This document shows, piece by piece, positions 18,201 through 29,561 of a DNA stretch of 37,920 bases. Position numbers and translations under genes: made by a program. The stretch covers positions 158,551 to 196,470 of the forward strand of contig WELB01000007.1 in the NCBI GenBank assembly GCA_009602725.1. Reading direction: 5' to 3'. Origin of the DNA: Spirogloea muscicola (taxonomy: Eukaryota). How positions within the stretch are numbered: the first letter of the stretch is position 1; each line of letters begins with the position of its first letter. The notes under the pieces are model-generated. The model had not been told where the DNA came from. It saw only the letters and a program-made list of their open reading frames with translations, and searched no databases.

Positions 18201-19603
18201 AAGTTGTAGTCAAAGTTCAGCATAAGTTCTATTGTGCCGCGGCTACTATCTCGAACTCAGGTGCTGAGCGCTCGCTAGCTGCTGCTTCGAGTCCCACCAT
18301 TCATTGGGTAGGGCTGCTCATGTGAGGCTGGAGGCTGGCTGCAGGGCACAAGCTGCGGCTTGAGGGACAGGTGGATGTGCGAAGTACGCGCGGCCGCAAT
18401 GCAGTCGGCAAGAAGATCACCGGCATTCATGTCCGTTGCTTCCCTTCCCCCATCAAAAGAATGGCCGTCAATCGGCGCTTGTTGCAAGCTACTGTGCTTG
18501 TGGTACTCGAAGCAAGAAGACGTCAATTGTGGACATGCTGACGGTGTAAAGCGTGCGGGCCTGGAATCGCGGGTGCAGTGCCTGCCTGGGGATGCTAGCA
18601 AGGTGCTGGTGACAAGCAACGACTCGCGTCTGCGACTGTATGATGGTACCACGCTGACTTGCAAGTACAAGGGTGCGTAGTTGGCCCAGAACTTATCAGC
18701 ATATGCCAGATCTGAAGTTCTCAGCAACCAATATGTGTTCGTTAAGCCTAAGAGACTGTAGCCCTACCCACACATAGCTAAAAGTCACATGCTTAAAGGT
18801 TGAAGATACAAGGCTTCAGGCGTTGAAATCCAAGGATTGATAAACATGTTTCTTGGCTAACACCAGTATGTTTCGGATAGAACTTGCTAGTATGACATTG
18901 TCAAGAGGAGGGGCCAAGCTTCCAAGGTTGATGCTGTCATTGCACGTCCCTCGCTTGTTCACATAGCCTCCAGTGATACAATTTGGTTGTTGTACTCCCG
19001 TGCTCATGCTGTTGCCGCTGGCTGGAGCTGCAGGACACCAGCTGGCGAGCAGCCACGCGGCGGCGCAATTTAGTGCTGCGGGCGACTTCATCCTGTGCGC
19101 GTCGGAGGACGGGCGCGTGCTGCTGTGGCCAACGCTCAATACGTATGTGCCTGCCATCAACCCGTTGTACACGGGCTTCCGCAAGGATCGGCACGAATCA
19201 TACGAGGCATTCAACTGCCCAGGCGTGACTGCCTGCACCTTCTGGCCTGGTGAGGGGAACGCCGACGGGGCTGGCATCGGCAACACAACGTCCACAACTC
19301 AGCAGCACGTAAGTCCATATATTCACAGATACGGAAGTCCGTATACTTATAAGATTAGTTGTGGGGTTGCTTGTATGGCTCAGGGGTAGGCCTTAAGATC
19401 CAGATCTTGGGAGAGTTGCTCGAGTTTTCACAATTTAGACTCAAGTGCATTCGACAAACTTGGTATATGGGCAGGATGCGCGGCCGGCGGGCAGCAGTGG
19501 TGGCACTGCGGCGCCGGCAGCAGTCGGCCTTGTGGTTGTGGCAGCGAGCTACGGCGGCGAGCTGCGCACGTTTCAGAACTTTGGCCTTCCAGTGTGGTTG
19601 TGA
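14045..19603 (+). CDS. WD40-repeat protein, WDR44/Rab11-binding-protein-like (plant type)
   Basis: First exon 14045-14427; N-terminal exons between about 14700 and 16200 are only partly resolved (motifs 'YRIKDLDSGREFVL', 'IRDLSTGAQLTLEEFESSLG'). WD exons: 16682-16860, 17061-17490 (GC donor), 17638-17795, 17954-18005, 18345-18430, 18579-18672, 19034-19308, 19475-19603. Motifs: 'GAIWVLKFNASGRLLATGGQD', 'LLSSSMDKTVRLW', 'HNDYVTCIDFDP', 'KVLVTSNDSRLRLYDG', C-terminal 'GELRTFQNFGLPVWL*'. Confidence 0.9.
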
Positions 19604-20364
19604 GCGCGGTCACTGCTGCTACTTCAAGCACACCGGACTTAGTGCTTAGCCTCAAACACGGCCACGTTAGGCCTTGGCCCAGCCTTTCTCCTCCTCCCTT
19701 CCTCCACTGGAAGAACAGCTGTCGCCTCCAGAGCTGCCACCAATGTGGACAAATCTTCTGTGACAGTGGAACTGATGGCAAAATGGACAAGGTTTCACTG
19801 GTGGCCCAGCTGCTCCATCGTGGACTATAGATACCTGGCCTGCTGATAGAGTTGGACCTGCTGCAGGAGCTGCGCCTAGGCCACACTGGCTGGCAGAACC
19901 AAGTGTATTGAGATGTCAATGCACGGAAAACCACAGGAAATTGACATGGCCGCAGCATCCTGGTACTTACTGCTGGGAAAAAACCTTCACCCTCAGCCTC
20001 TTAGCATCTGACGCCTAAGCTCGCAAGTATCACCTCAATCCTGAGGTTGCCAATGATGTAAATGGAGCCTACACTCTTGAATGTGGGGCAAGGCTGCCAC
20101 TGGGGAGCGCAATGACAGAGGATGAAGGTGGAGTACGCAGGAACAGCAGACTTATGCAGAAAAAAGTCAGAGGGGAAGAGATGGGGAGGAGTGGGGGGCT
20201 GACTGTGGTTCCCCAGCACCAGCAAAGCCCACCACAACCGAGGATACCATCAACACTAGATTAGCAGCACAGAGAGCGTCGCCCGCCAATGCAATGCTTC
20301 ATCTGTTAGGCCGCAGTAGAGAGGGGTTTGTTTGGGGTAGCGTGGGCAGCAGATGGTCACTGAG

Positions 20365-22905
20365 CTAGAGACCGAAGCCGGCAGCGTGGAGGTCTTGCGG
20401 AGCCGCGGCAATGCCCTCGTATGGCTGCTGGCGGCTGAGATACCCTTCACCGTCGTCCATTTCCAGCAGCATCATCGTTGGTGCATGGCCCTTGAACAGC
20501 GCCAGGTGCCCCAGCAGCTTGTCCTTGCGGCTGCACAGAACGAGCTTGGGACTCATTCGAGAGGGGTGGCGAAGCAGGCCAACTCTAGCCAGAGGAGAGC
20601 AAGACCAGAATCTGAGTTAGAATGAGTAATCAAGAAAATATATGAAGATTAGTATGGTTGGAGTGATGTTAGAGAGGGACGGTGGCAGTGGTTCCACCTG
20701 AAGGTCGTGCCGCAGCTGCACTGCCACTTGTCGCTGCCGCAGTGCTTCTCGTGCGTCTTCAGGTCGGCGACGACCGAGAACTTCTTGGCCTTGCACTTGG
20801 TGCACGTCAGCATCTTGGGGCAGTGCGTCCGCCGGTAGTGATTCTTGACGCACAGCATCGTCTTGAGGGGCACGAACTTGCGGTGCCGCCGGTTCCGCTT
20901 GCACGAGGCGTATGGGCAGCTGAATCTGCACGTTATAGAGAGCGCTGCATTATAAGGAAATGCATTATGGCATTATTAGCACAGCAATTAACCGTCTCCC
21001 CATCAGTCAACACTACTCGGCCAGGCCATTCCCCCTGTCTGTTGTTAAACCCTTCGTCTCACCGCTGATGAGCCGAGACATACCTCCGGATCTTGGGAAG
21101 CCTGTCGCCGTCACCACCATTGCCGCCTCCACCACTGCCGCTAGCGGTCCCTGGGCTCCGCTCGGGTCGCGCAAGCGCTGCGGCGGTCTTGTACTCGTCC
21201 CCATGGCCACGCATGTGCATGCGCAAGTTGGCGTCCCGCTTGAAGCCCTTGCCTGGACAGCGGCAGTATCTCATCAGTGTCAAAGCCCATCAGTACAGAG
21301 GTAGAGGTGGAGACTAGGGAAGAGGGAGGTGGGTAGGCAGTCTGGGGTTTGCAAAGGGGTTGAAGGTGGGGAGGAGGAAGGAAGGCACAGGAGAGGGAAG
21401 GAAGGAGGGAAGGTACGAAGGTATGAAGGGCGGCGCCTGACCGCAGATCTCGCAAAAGTGCGTGTGCTCCGCAAGGATCTCCATTGCATCCATCTCGACG
21501 AGCTCGTAGCTGCCCGGCGGCAGGTCGTCGCTGTCGCCCCCCTCGCCGTCATCCTCGTCGCCATCGGCTGGTCCCCTGCTTGCGGCGCTGCCGTCTTGGG
21601 TCCCAGTGATGCTGGCACAGCAGCGGAGAGGGAACCAAGAGGGAGTAGTCAGGGGCTTAGCAAACACTGTGATTGTAGTGAAGCGAGTCAGGTTGGCCGA
21701 GGGCGTGAGCAATGAGGTCGCACCTCCTCCTGCCGCCGATGCATTCATCAACATGTTGCGGCAGTGACAGCGGCAGCGCCGACGACCCGCCATGCACCAT
21801 GAGCGCGCCCGCCGTGCCGCCGCGGGTGGAGGTCATCGTGGCTGTTGAACTGGCGAGATGTGGTGGCAGAGAAGTCGATGCCGTGGAGGCGAACGGCGGC
21901 AGCGGTGGCAGCAGCGGTCCTGGCGGCAGGTAGTACGAAGAGGAGGGGGAGGAGGGGGGAGGAAGGAGGGGCAGGCCTTCTCCCCTTGGCGCGTCACCGC
22001 CACCATGGCCCTGCTGCGGCAGCGCCGCCTGCATGAAGGCCGTCTCGTGCTGCCCAGGGAAGCCGTCGCCGCTGGCCCCCACGCCGCTGCCGCCGCTGAG
22101 CATGTGGCCATATGATAAGTCTGCCAGCACCTGGGGCTGCAGAGCATGGGGAGCGCACCTGACATTAGGTATGATGGGAATTGGGCTTTGCTGGCAAGTC
22201 AGGTGCAAGGAAGTTAGCAAACACACAGTCAGAGGGCCAAAGCGGAAAGAGGTGGGGAAGAGGGGGGGAGGAGAGGGGTGGGGTTTGGGGTTGGATGTTG
22301 TTGGGTGGTGTACGCCACCTGCTCCTGCTGCTGCTGCTGCTGCTGGTGCTGGAGCGTGGCGGCAGCCTGCGGCAGCATCTCCGCTGCCGCCACCACCAGC
22401 TGGCTGATCACTGACGCCACGCTCGCTGCTGCCGCCGCCTGCTGCTGCGCCGCTAGCGGCGGCAGCTGGCCATTCCCCTGCTGATCCAGCAGATGTAGAT
22501 TTCAGGAGGCCATTACGGACTCCCAGTGAAAGACCCAAATTGCTGCATTGCTGAAGGAGCTGGGAGGGAGGAACATGTCTTTGTATAACAGTAGCAGGAG
22601 AGGAGAGGGGAGGAGGGAGGGAGAGCATGGCGGGGCGCCTGCGAGATAAGTGGGACGAGCGCCTGCAGCGCGCCGATGCGCTGCTGCAGGAGCCGGAGTG
22701 CCTCCATGAGCGCCTGCGGCGACAGCGCCGCACTGGAGCTGGTCCCTTCATTGCCTGCCACACCACCGGCGGTCCTGCCTCCTCCGCCCCTTGGGCTTGC
22801 CATGGTGCTGCTACCGCCCTCGCCATTGCTGCTGTTGCATAGGAGATTCTGTTGGACTTCCTGCTCGAGCATAGCAGCCAAGAGCGAAGCTTCAGGTTCT
22901 GCCAT
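20365..22905 (-). CDS. STOP1: STOP1-like C2H2 zinc-finger transcription factor (proton/aluminium tolerance regulator family), 7 exons
   Basis: Minus-strand exons: 22905-~22639, ~22480-22319, ~22130-21724, 21611-21442, 21252-21084, 20925-20698, 20530-20365. The diagnostic fingers read '[36 protein letters not shown]', '[37 protein letters not shown]', '[17 protein letters not shown]' and '[27 protein letters not shown]'. The N-terminal helices '[15 protein letters not shown]' and '[14 protein letters not shown]' are also present. Confidence 0.93.
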
Positions 22906-23539
22906 GCAGCGCTTTTGGCGCCGCCGTCATCGTCCTTTGCCTGCAGCGTCCGCTATTGACAGGCATGGACAGGAGCTCCCTGGACAGCCGAGAGAAAGAG
23001 GAGTGGAAGGGAAGAGAGAGGGGGAGCTTACCGTGTGGCCACGGCCAGGACTCAGCAGCGGTAGTGGGAAGTGCGTGAGCGGTTGACCGAGTAGCGAGAA
23101 CGTGGTCGGCCGGCCGCCGCCTTGCTGGGTGGCCACTGCTGGAGGCCGCTGCGCCGATGTTGGCGGGGAGCTTGCTGGAATGACTCGCTCCTTCTGGCGC
23201 GGGATCATTGCCCTTACTGCAATTGCTGGCCACTTACTCAGCTCCACTGCTGTGACCTAAGGTCCTCACTACGCCCTGCTACACCGACATGGGGGCGGCC
23301 TTTTCCTGACGGCTGCTGTACTTGGTGGGGCATGAGGGTCGATGGTCCAGGGCACAAGGAGAGGGAAGGAGCGGGAGCAGGGAACTGGATAAAGAGCGGT
23401 GGGGAAGTACAGATGGATGGAGGATGGGAAGCGAGGAGAAGTTGAGATGTGTGGCACGGGAGTAGGGGTGTCTATCCCCCGGGGAGCTACAGAAAGGATG
23501 GAGGTTCGTGAATGTGAACCTGTGAGAACGAGCGTGTAA

Positions 23540-23910
23540 GATAGAGAGCGAGGGACGTAGGGAGGGAGGGACGGAGGGAGGGGGAGAGAGAGAGGGGGAT
23601 AGAGAGGGGGGAGAGGAGGGGGAGGGGGGGAGAGAGAGAGATAGATAGAGAGAGAGAGAGAATACGACAGAAGGCGCGCGGGGCGCATGAATTGAAAGGG
23701 AGGCCAATTCAAGCCAATACATTGTTCAGGCAGAGTCGAGTGCAGACTAAACAATGCTACATAATACATAGATAGATAGAGAGAGAGGGAGAGAGAGAGA
23801 GGGAGAGAGAGAGAGAGAGGGAGGGGAAGAAAGGGAGGGAGGGAGGGAGGGAGCGGGATGGAGAGGAGGACAGGAGCGTGATGGAGGAGACGGGACGGAG
23901 GGAGGAGGAG
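23540..23910. repeat. GA/GGA-rich low-complexity tracts upstream of STOP1
   Basis: Imperfect (GA)n and (GGGA)n runs at about 23540-23660 and 23770-23910; CT-rich on the STOP1 sense strand. Confidence 0.85.
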
Positions 23911-24181
23911 GTGGGGTGAATTGCGAGGCACAGGACGCCGGGGCACGAGCCCGGGCGAGCGAGCGAGGCCGGGGGGGGGGGGGCGCGCGGAGGGCGGCCC
24001 GCCCAGGAGTGCTGCAGCGTGGCGTAGGAGGGCTGGGGGTGATGGAGTGTGTTTTGCGTGACGGGCTTGGGGGGTCCACAGACCTTCCCCTCTGTTGGAT
24101 TGGCCTCCCTTTCAATTTCCATGCGCACCGCGTGCCTTCTCTCTCTGTATAAATAGCTTACCTGCTGCGCTTTTTGCTCTT

Positions 24182-24520
24182 CCTCCCCTCAGCTCATCTG
24201 ACTTCCTACTGCTGACTCGGGGGTATTGAGGGCGCCCTGTCTGCCTAGCCTACGGCTCCGCCATGAACACCTGTATGCATCTGGCTGGCAGTGTACAGCC
24301 GATTTTTAAATATCAGCAGCCGCTTGATATATATTGCGCAAGCTGTCCTTGATGCTGCTGACGCGGGGTTAAAGTACTGAGTGGCTCCTAGCCAGGGGAC
24401 CCGCTTCCAGGACTCCAGTCTCTCTGATCTGAGGCTGCTTAGCAGGGGTTACTGAGTGCTTCGTAGCTGCTTAGTGTTGGTGGGGCTTTCTCGCCGTCAC
24501 ATGTCCATTCTTTCGAGCGC
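24182..24520 (+). mobile_element. Stack of three head-to-tail 3' fragments of the RLE element
   Basis: PPLSSSDFLLLTRGY* (24182-24229); LMLLTRG..Y* (24349-24380); QGTRFQDSSLSDLRLLSRGY* (24393-24455, colinear with QGDVFPPSSYSDLHLLTRGY*). The tail start 'atgtccattctttt' lies at 24501-24514. Confidence 0.8.
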
Positions 24521-24533
24521 AAAAGAAGAAAGA

Positions 24534-24753
24534 GCGCGCCCATAGAGAAAGGGCCAGCAAAGCCAGCCCAGAAAGAATGGACAATGGCAAAAGCCAAAAA
24601 ATCAAAAAACAAAACACACAGCTAGGCAGCTAGAGAAGAAGACACGACGAAATCACAGGAAGCTCAATACCCCGGGGTGAGCAACATCAGGTCGGAGTAG
24701 CTCGACGCAGGAAAAGATGCATCCAGATGCGACCCAGAAGCAGCCGCGATAGC
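24534..24753 (-). mobile_element. 5'-truncated RLE retrotransposon 3' end (second tail subtype)
   Basis: 24753-24664 encodes AIAAASGSHLDASFPASSYSDLMLLTPGY*. The tail ttgtccattctttctgggctggctttgctggccctttctctatgggcgcgc matches the copies at 29489 and 30502. Confidence 0.88.
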
Positions 24754-26380
24754 GCAAAAGGCCGCTTTCCAAAGGGGAATTTCGTGTATCTGAAACAAAC
24801 GAAGGCCAAATGGCCAAGTACAAAAGGCAAGCACATCTGTAAACCTGTATAGCCTACAAGAGATTGACCCGCTCAGTAACCACGGGTCAAAACATAAAGG
24901 TCGCCAGAAGGGGGGCTATGGCTGCTGACTAGCGGTTGGTTAGCGACCATTCTTACAGATCACTTGCTCTCCCTGAGTAGTGTACGCTTTCTTCCTTCAG
25001 GACTTGTACAATCCTTCGTCCGTTCTCTTTAGGGGCTGCCCTTCGCAATCATTGACCTCTCGCCAGTGCCTCTCGCCTGCTGTTAGCAGAGCTCCTTGGG
25101 CTGCCCACAGTGCAGCTACCTGTAGTCACCATTGTAATTATGCTTAAGGTGCAATTATCAGTGATGGCGATCCGCTTTGTGCAATAAGCGCTAGCAAGGG
25201 AGTTCCACTCAGCACGGTCACGTCCTCTGAAATGGTTCTTGACAAAAAATCTTTGACAGAATTTGGGGTCGAGGCGACTCATGATACTGACACTCATGCT
25301 TCAGGCAATCATGCTTAATGAGCGTACGAGTTTTACCGTACTCACACCCGCTTGAGGGCTTTGGTAGCAGTCTAAGTCTTCCAGTTGATATGTGAACCTT
25401 ATCATTCATAAGATGCAGGCCTGTTTAGCAAGCAATGACTACTCTTGAGATATGACACTGCAAATAAGAACTGCTGTCTCAGGTGTGAGCCAGCTTTCGT
25501 CTCAGCGTGTGCTTAAGTTAGTCATGCAGTAACTTCCAAAAACTATAGACAGTAGGTTGGATAACATACCAGAAGCTCACTTTCAGTAAGGAAGCTGGGA
25601 GGCAATATCTGGGACGTGTCGAGTATAGCTAAGGCATGCAAGAGCAATTAGGCTGCACATCATAGACTGCAAGTCCACCTTCAGAAATGCCTACATCTGT
25701 AAGTACTGCAGCACAAGTTGAGGGACTTGCCTCATGCCCGTTAGTTTGTACCAAGCTTGGTACAAAGTACACCTTTCAGAAACCAAAACCCTAGACCTTA
25801 CCAGTGCTTGCCATGCAGAAGTGAGGCATTACGGTCAATCTGTATCACAGGGAGTTGGGCTGACATCCTTAGCCAGGACCACAGGTCTTGCAGTGTTGTT
25901 TCTCTGAATCGCCATGACTTGCAGCAACTACCACCACCTAATTGAGCTATTATATTTCCATATGCCCACCAAGGCTCACAACTACGGTACTTTTACACAA
26001 TTGGTGTAATTACACTGAACACAGGCTGCTTTCCACAGTGATCAACTTTGGTAAGAGTCCTCTGCTTTTTCTAGCTGTCATAGACTTCCAAGCTGACTAG
26101 ATTTGCTCCTTAAGGACCCAAAACACCTTCCAACCTGCATCGCCCCCCCAGGATGGATTCCATGATCAATTATTTGCCATCAACATCAATATGGAAAATG
26201 ACCGGTATCTAGGGGGAAATCATTGCAGCACAGTACGTCACATCACACTCTAAAAGTAGCAAAGGACGCTCAACTGCTTGCGGCACATTCTTCATGCACT
26301 GGTCAAGCAACAAAAGGACGGGGTGGTGCAGTCGAGGATCAGCACCTTGTTGTGGTGCTGGCCAAAGCTTACTAGGAACT

Positions 26381-28741
26381 TTAAGACTCAATGGCCTCGT
26401 CAACTTTTGTTTCGTCGATGGATTTTGGTTGGTCATTATCTGCCATGAAATAAAGCCACTCAAGTGTAAGAGCATGCTAGCAATGCTACATACACTACAC
26501 TTTTTACGTTCTTTGTGATTTTCAGATCCTCACCAGCATTGACGTTTTAGTTGTACTAGGATGTCTCTGTCTGCTTAAAGACATCATGCTTTTGCACTTA
26601 ACAAGGGGACTGACTCAAAGTCAACTGATAAGGAGAGCCAAAAATACAGCAAAGCTTACCCTGATCTTCTTGAAGATCTGAGCTCCAGAGCGTCAAGTTA
26701 TCTCGCAGAAGTTGCATAATTAGTGTACTGTCCTTGTATGACTCCTCACTCAATGTGTCAAGCTCAGCAATCGAGTCATCAAATGCTTGCTTGGCCAGAT
26801 GGCAAGCCCTGCATCACAATATTAAAAAATGAGGATGCGCAAGTTATGGGTATTGTACAGGGCATTACTACTGCATGCGACATGCCAAGACTATCGAAGA
26901 CAAAACCCGTCCCCCTTGCCTCGAGCTGTTATGGCGCTTACCTCTCACCATCGTTGAGAATCTCATAGTAGAACACTGAGAAATTAAGGGCCAATCCAAG
27001 TCTTATTGGGTGAGTGGGTGCAAGAACCCCACTAGCAATTTCTGATGCAGCCTGGCAAGAGAAAGCGATTCAAATACAGAGACCAAGTTGCATAGTAAGT
27101 CCCTTAGCAGAAGCCCAACTGCACAGGTAAATTGGTTACCCTCTGCCTTTGAGCTGGATGTAAGCCCTTGCCTAAGAAGGTGACTGTCTTGCAAGGAGCA
27201 TTTGAGTAGGCATTGCTCCAGCTTGTTAGCAACTCACTGCAGAGGACCTTGCAGCACTATTCAGATCAGAAGTAAAGGATCTGACTAAAACACCTCATAG
27301 GCCTTCAGGGAGTGCTGCGCAGCTTCTTGCTTCTTGCTATCAGTCTTGAACTCAGCAAGGTATCGGAAGTAGTCGCCCTTCCTGCACCACATGCGGAAGA
27401 TGAAAACGGAGTGGAGAATATACGTCAAGACAGACCAAGCCCACCTGTGCTCCAGCTCTGTTGTGCACCCTTCCAGAGACCAGCACTATTCCTCAGCATT
27501 CCCTTTTGACGTGTCTCATCAGCGACATTGACTGCTTGCTTGCTTAGGGAACGAAAGCCAATGAACTTTTATGAACAAGCACATCCTGCAGAACACCTCA
27601 TCCAATGTAATGGACACAGCACAATGTGCTCAAAGTAGCTGCCAAGAACCTAACATTTTATGCACTCACATTTTGTAATAGAATACTTTCGACTCCCCCT
27701 TGTCTGAAGCTGGGATCAGATTCTCATCAATCACTGACAAGATGTCCTCACATATCTTATGCAACTCATCCTCCACCTTCATCCTGGCCGTTGAAGTTCC
27801 CAATGTCAGCGAAAGTGTTGCGCATGTCACACAGGTTGCTGATAATGGCAAACTCGAGCGCAAGCACTCAGATGGACCTCATATGGCAATAGGAGGTTCA
27901 TCACAGTGCGAAAGCTGACAGCCAATTTGAGTCGCAGGGAATGACTGCAAGACCTGTACTGAGTAATGCGAGCAACGTTCTGCTCGTTGCCTTTTGCCTT
28001 CTCCTTCTGCTCAATGGAGGACATTATCCGCCATGAAGCCCTTCGCGCCCCTATGACGTTCTTGTAACCAACAGACAAAAGATTCCTCTCCTCGACCGTC
28101 AGCTCCACATCCAGCTTAGCCACCTTCTTCATGGACTCAACCATCTCTGCATCACGACACCATGCCATACCCGTTATGACTTTGTTCCCTTGCCTTGCAG
28201 GCGGGAGTACTGCTTACTTTGGAGGCACACTGCACTCCTTGAAACTCACTTTATTCACGTCTTCCCGGCAAGCCAAGGCGATTTCACGACGATAAGTGAA
28301 GTCTGGTGCGTGAGAAGGCACGACTGTTGACCATGCATTCCCCTGAGAGACCTACAATGAATAGTTTGTACCTATCCCCTTATGCCACATGACTGACCAC
28401 CTAACAGTGCGACAAAGAAGTAGGAGACGACTGGTAACAGGGATAGATGTCCTGCAAACTGTCGACGCCCTGCATTATTGTCCTCCATGGTGGACAATAG
28501 ACCAGACTTCCCTTGAACCCTCGGGCAGCCTGAAGACGTCTTTCCAAACCCCAGAAGGGTAGTGATATAACAGATTGCCTGCCCGCTGCAATGAGAGAGC
28601 CTACGAAGGCGTCAACAGTGCCGCTAGCAACATGGGAGGGAGTGGGGAAGGGCCCGAGGAGCGGTTGCCCTGACCATCGTAGCGCTCCGCTTGCTCCGCA
28701 AGCTTGGCCATGTAGACATATCGCTCGCGCTCCTTCTCCAT
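26381..28741 (-). CDS. 14-3-3 protein (epsilon-group-like, 7 exons)
   Basis: Minus-strand exons: 28741-28675, 28146-27954, 27783-27670, 27381-27294, 27051-26942, 26808-26660, 26439-26381. Signature motifs '[15 protein letters not shown]', '[21 protein letters not shown]', '[13 protein letters not shown]', '[20 protein letters not shown]' and '[19 protein letters not shown]'. Confidence 0.97.
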
Positions 28742-28753
28742 GACCTGGAAGTC

Positions 28754-28794
<41 letters not shown>
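28754..28794. repeat. (GGC)n trinucleotide repeat, about 13 units, in the probable 5' UTR of the 14-3-3 gene
   Basis: Perfect run starting about 12 nt upstream of the ATG at 28741. Confidence 0.9.
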
Positions 28795-29148
28795 CACGTG
28801 AGAGCTACCGCGGCAGTGCTGTGGCGCCGGCACTGCGGGCGGCCGGGCAGCGAGGCTCGGCTGGCGGCGGCAGCGGCGGCAGCGGCGGCGGCCGCGGAGG
28901 AGACGACTACACTGGCGACGAGCCTCAGTGAGTACCAAAAGGGAGCGTCAGGGGTACCGCGGGTTAACTCCGGTAACCGGGGAGGCGGAACAGGTTAGTG
29001 GGGCAGGCACACCTCGGCCACCCCGGCGCGCCGAGTCCGCCGTCGTGATTAAGGTGGGGGCCAAGATTGGCGCTACGATACTCGGAATCATCGGCGCGAG
29101 CGGGATAACCACCCAAACCGCGACTCACCCGGGGGGCCTGCATGCTGC

Positions 29149-29168
29149 GCCACGTGTGAGGCCACGTG
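29149..29168. promoter_or_regulatory. Tandem G-box (GCCACGTG) pair upstream of the 14-3-3 gene
   Basis: CACGTG at 29151-29156 and 29163-29168, with a third at 28795-28800. Motif match only; function not shown. Confidence 0.35.
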
Positions 29169-29488
29169 CCTTCTCGCCGCGTGGAGCGGCAGACCGTGAC
29201 GCGGCGGGGGGAGGCCTTCTCCGCGGCGTACTTTTATGTGCCCTCGCCACAGTCAAAAGTGCGTCACTCTGTTGTGCTCGCAAGCGAACCCTGTGGAATG
29301 CGTGTGTATTCAGAGATGTGGGCTCCGGCTGCAGCCGCGCTGTGACTTGTTACGCCAGGCTTTTGGCAGCAATTACGGGATGTGGAGCAACCAGTGGCCA
29401 CTTGAGTGGCTGTGCATTTTACTTCCAGGCCCCCTTCTCACATTGTTTCAGTTTTTCATTCTGGGCTTGCCAATCACTGCCATCCGCC

Positions 29489-29561
29489 TTTCTTTGGCTT
29501 GGGTTATTGTCCATACTTTTTGGGCTGGCTTTGCCAGCCACTCTTCTCTATGGGCGAGCAC
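29489..29561 (+). mobile_element. Short 3'-tail copy (second subtype) of the RLE element
   Basis: 73 nt, nearly identical to 30502-30575 and similar to the tail at 24534-24585 (-). Contains a perfect hairpin GGCTGGC-TTT-GCCAGCC. Confidence 0.85.

Noticed and set aside
21657..22826. 389-aa ORF and other long GC-rich ORFs as independent genes
   Set aside because: They are explained by STOP1 or WD40 exons plus intron read-through, or by antisense shadows in GC-rich DNA.
23269..24152. Pro/Ser/Leu-rich ORFs upstream of STOP1
   Set aside because: They are translations of GA/CT low-complexity sequence with no recognisable domain.
24182..24460. CRISPR-like array
   Set aside because: The context is eukaryotic, spacing is irregular, and the divergent units are retroelement coding ends. 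There are no cas genes.
29236..29561. N-terminal hydrophobic part of the 328-aa ORF as a membrane-anchored nuclease fusion
   Set aside because: This part reads through a non-coding T-rich retroelement tail (29489-29561) and starts at TTG. The open frame is probably fortuitous.
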